Assembly: GCA_045837725.1 (NCBI GenBank)
Contig: JBEWZL010000151.1
Span: 1 to 64,000, forward strand
DNA length: 64,000 nt
Reading direction: 5' to 3'
Source of the DNA: Vermamoeba vermiformis
Taxonomy: Eukaryota
Below the pieces are notes generated by a model. The model had not been told where the DNA came from and made no database searches. It was given only the letters and a program-made list of their open reading frames with translations. A program made the translations under genes and the position numbers. Below are positions 62,901-64,000 of this stretch, piece by piece (position 1 is the first letter of the stretch; each line of letters opens with the position of its first letter).

Positions 62901-64000
62901 CTGCTACTTTGACGAGTATAAGCACGTTTGTATAATAACGTACCTTGCAATGCGTTGTTTGCGTGCAAAAGTAGTGTCGTGCGCGACCAAGAAATGCGAG
63001 TTCAAGAAGAACAAACAGCCCCAGTTCTCCATGCCCAGGCAGTCAATGTCGTTCAAGCCAACAATGTCTAACTTCTTCAACGGGAAACCGACCTTGAGAT
63101 CTATCAACAATACAATTAAGATATAGCCTTATACAGTAATAGAAGTAAATTTCCATCGTGTAAAAGAAAAAAATAAATATTCCGACAGCGGTCAGGTGGT
63201 TGTTTCGAGACACTGTACGTACTTGTGCTGTAAAATTTGACAGCTTTTTCAGCCATTTCCATGACCCAGCTGCCGTCCTCAACACGACCAGGGGGTGTAT
63301 ACTAAATAAGGAAATCAGTCAGGCGTTCGATCACCGCGTCAAAGTGACTACTTACAACTCGCAACGGGAACTTATCTTCAACTTGTTGTCCTTCAAAGTT
63401 ACTAAAATACGAAATTGATTATTACGGAGATCTTATTATAACAAAAAAATCTATTATTAAAGCGTTAATTCGCTTCAAACAGATCCGTGAAAAAAATTGT
63501 GTCAAACCAAAGTGACACTTCACTGCTTTTCTTCAAAATGAACCAAAATACGATCAAATTTGTCATATTAGGCAGCTATAATAATATTGTCGATAAGACT
63601 TACGTATAAGTGAAAGAGATGTGTCGTTCCAAGTACTCAAAGTAGCCGGCAATAAAGCACAACAAGTACGTGCACATGGACGGTGTCCAATCAAACACGA
63701 CTTTCTTTTTCAATTCAACAGCGCTCTCTTCTTGTTCAGGCAATGTTTCTTGTGTGAAAAATGTCTCGTGGGTCAATTCTTCGCTGATGATCGGTGTGTT
63801 GCTGATAGCCGTAAGTTTTTTGTTCACGAGCAAGGTAAGCTGAAAAGCAATCTTAGTATCATTTCCAAATATAGTAATAACATCTACAAATATGCTGATT
63901 ATAATAAATGAAGTGTCCTTGACCGGATGTACTTCCGGAAAAAATTGGATCTTGGCACAATAAATCCATGCAATATTTTCGTTTGCAGATTTGAGTCCAA
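59988..64000 (-). CDS. M1-family aminopeptidase (puromycin-sensitive/ERAP-like); 5' end lies outside the window
   Basis: [57 protein letters not shown]. Confidence 0.92.

Noticed and set aside
1-64000. CRISPR arrays, rRNA genes or prokaryotic operons
   Set aside because: None seen; the gene structure is spliceosomal throughout.

Overview
AT-rich, gene-dense eukaryotic nuclear DNA with many short GT-AG introns and the standard genetic code; a free-living protist, possibly an amoebozoan (inferred from gene content only). It holds about 25 protein genes, among them a cathepsin, two F-box/LRR genes, a SET methyltransferase, MIF, a SNF2 ATPase, a PHD-HTH protein, PDK1 and an M1 aminopeptidase. 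A young 6.3-kb Ty3/Gypsy element sits inside the cathepsin gene. Highlights: (1) gag and pol appear joined by UGA read-through, and the integrase has an unrecognised C-terminal domain; (2) the element lacks a target-site duplication and the host prodomain exons are missing; (3) a 121-nt cloverleaf RNA candidate and a related hairpin lie in an oversized intron; (4) a tRNA-Phe-derived RNA has an extended acceptor stem; (5) a Crinkler-like gene is strongly CpG-depleted in a CpG-rich background; (6) the SET protein has a signal peptide and a basic tail; (7) PDK1 has a U12-type intron; (8) AATCC sites cluster in the intron that splits an HTH domain. Some 1-nt homopolymer losses and the scrambled first 2.5 kb may be assembly errors. 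Gene models were read by eye, so internal exon boundaries are approximate.
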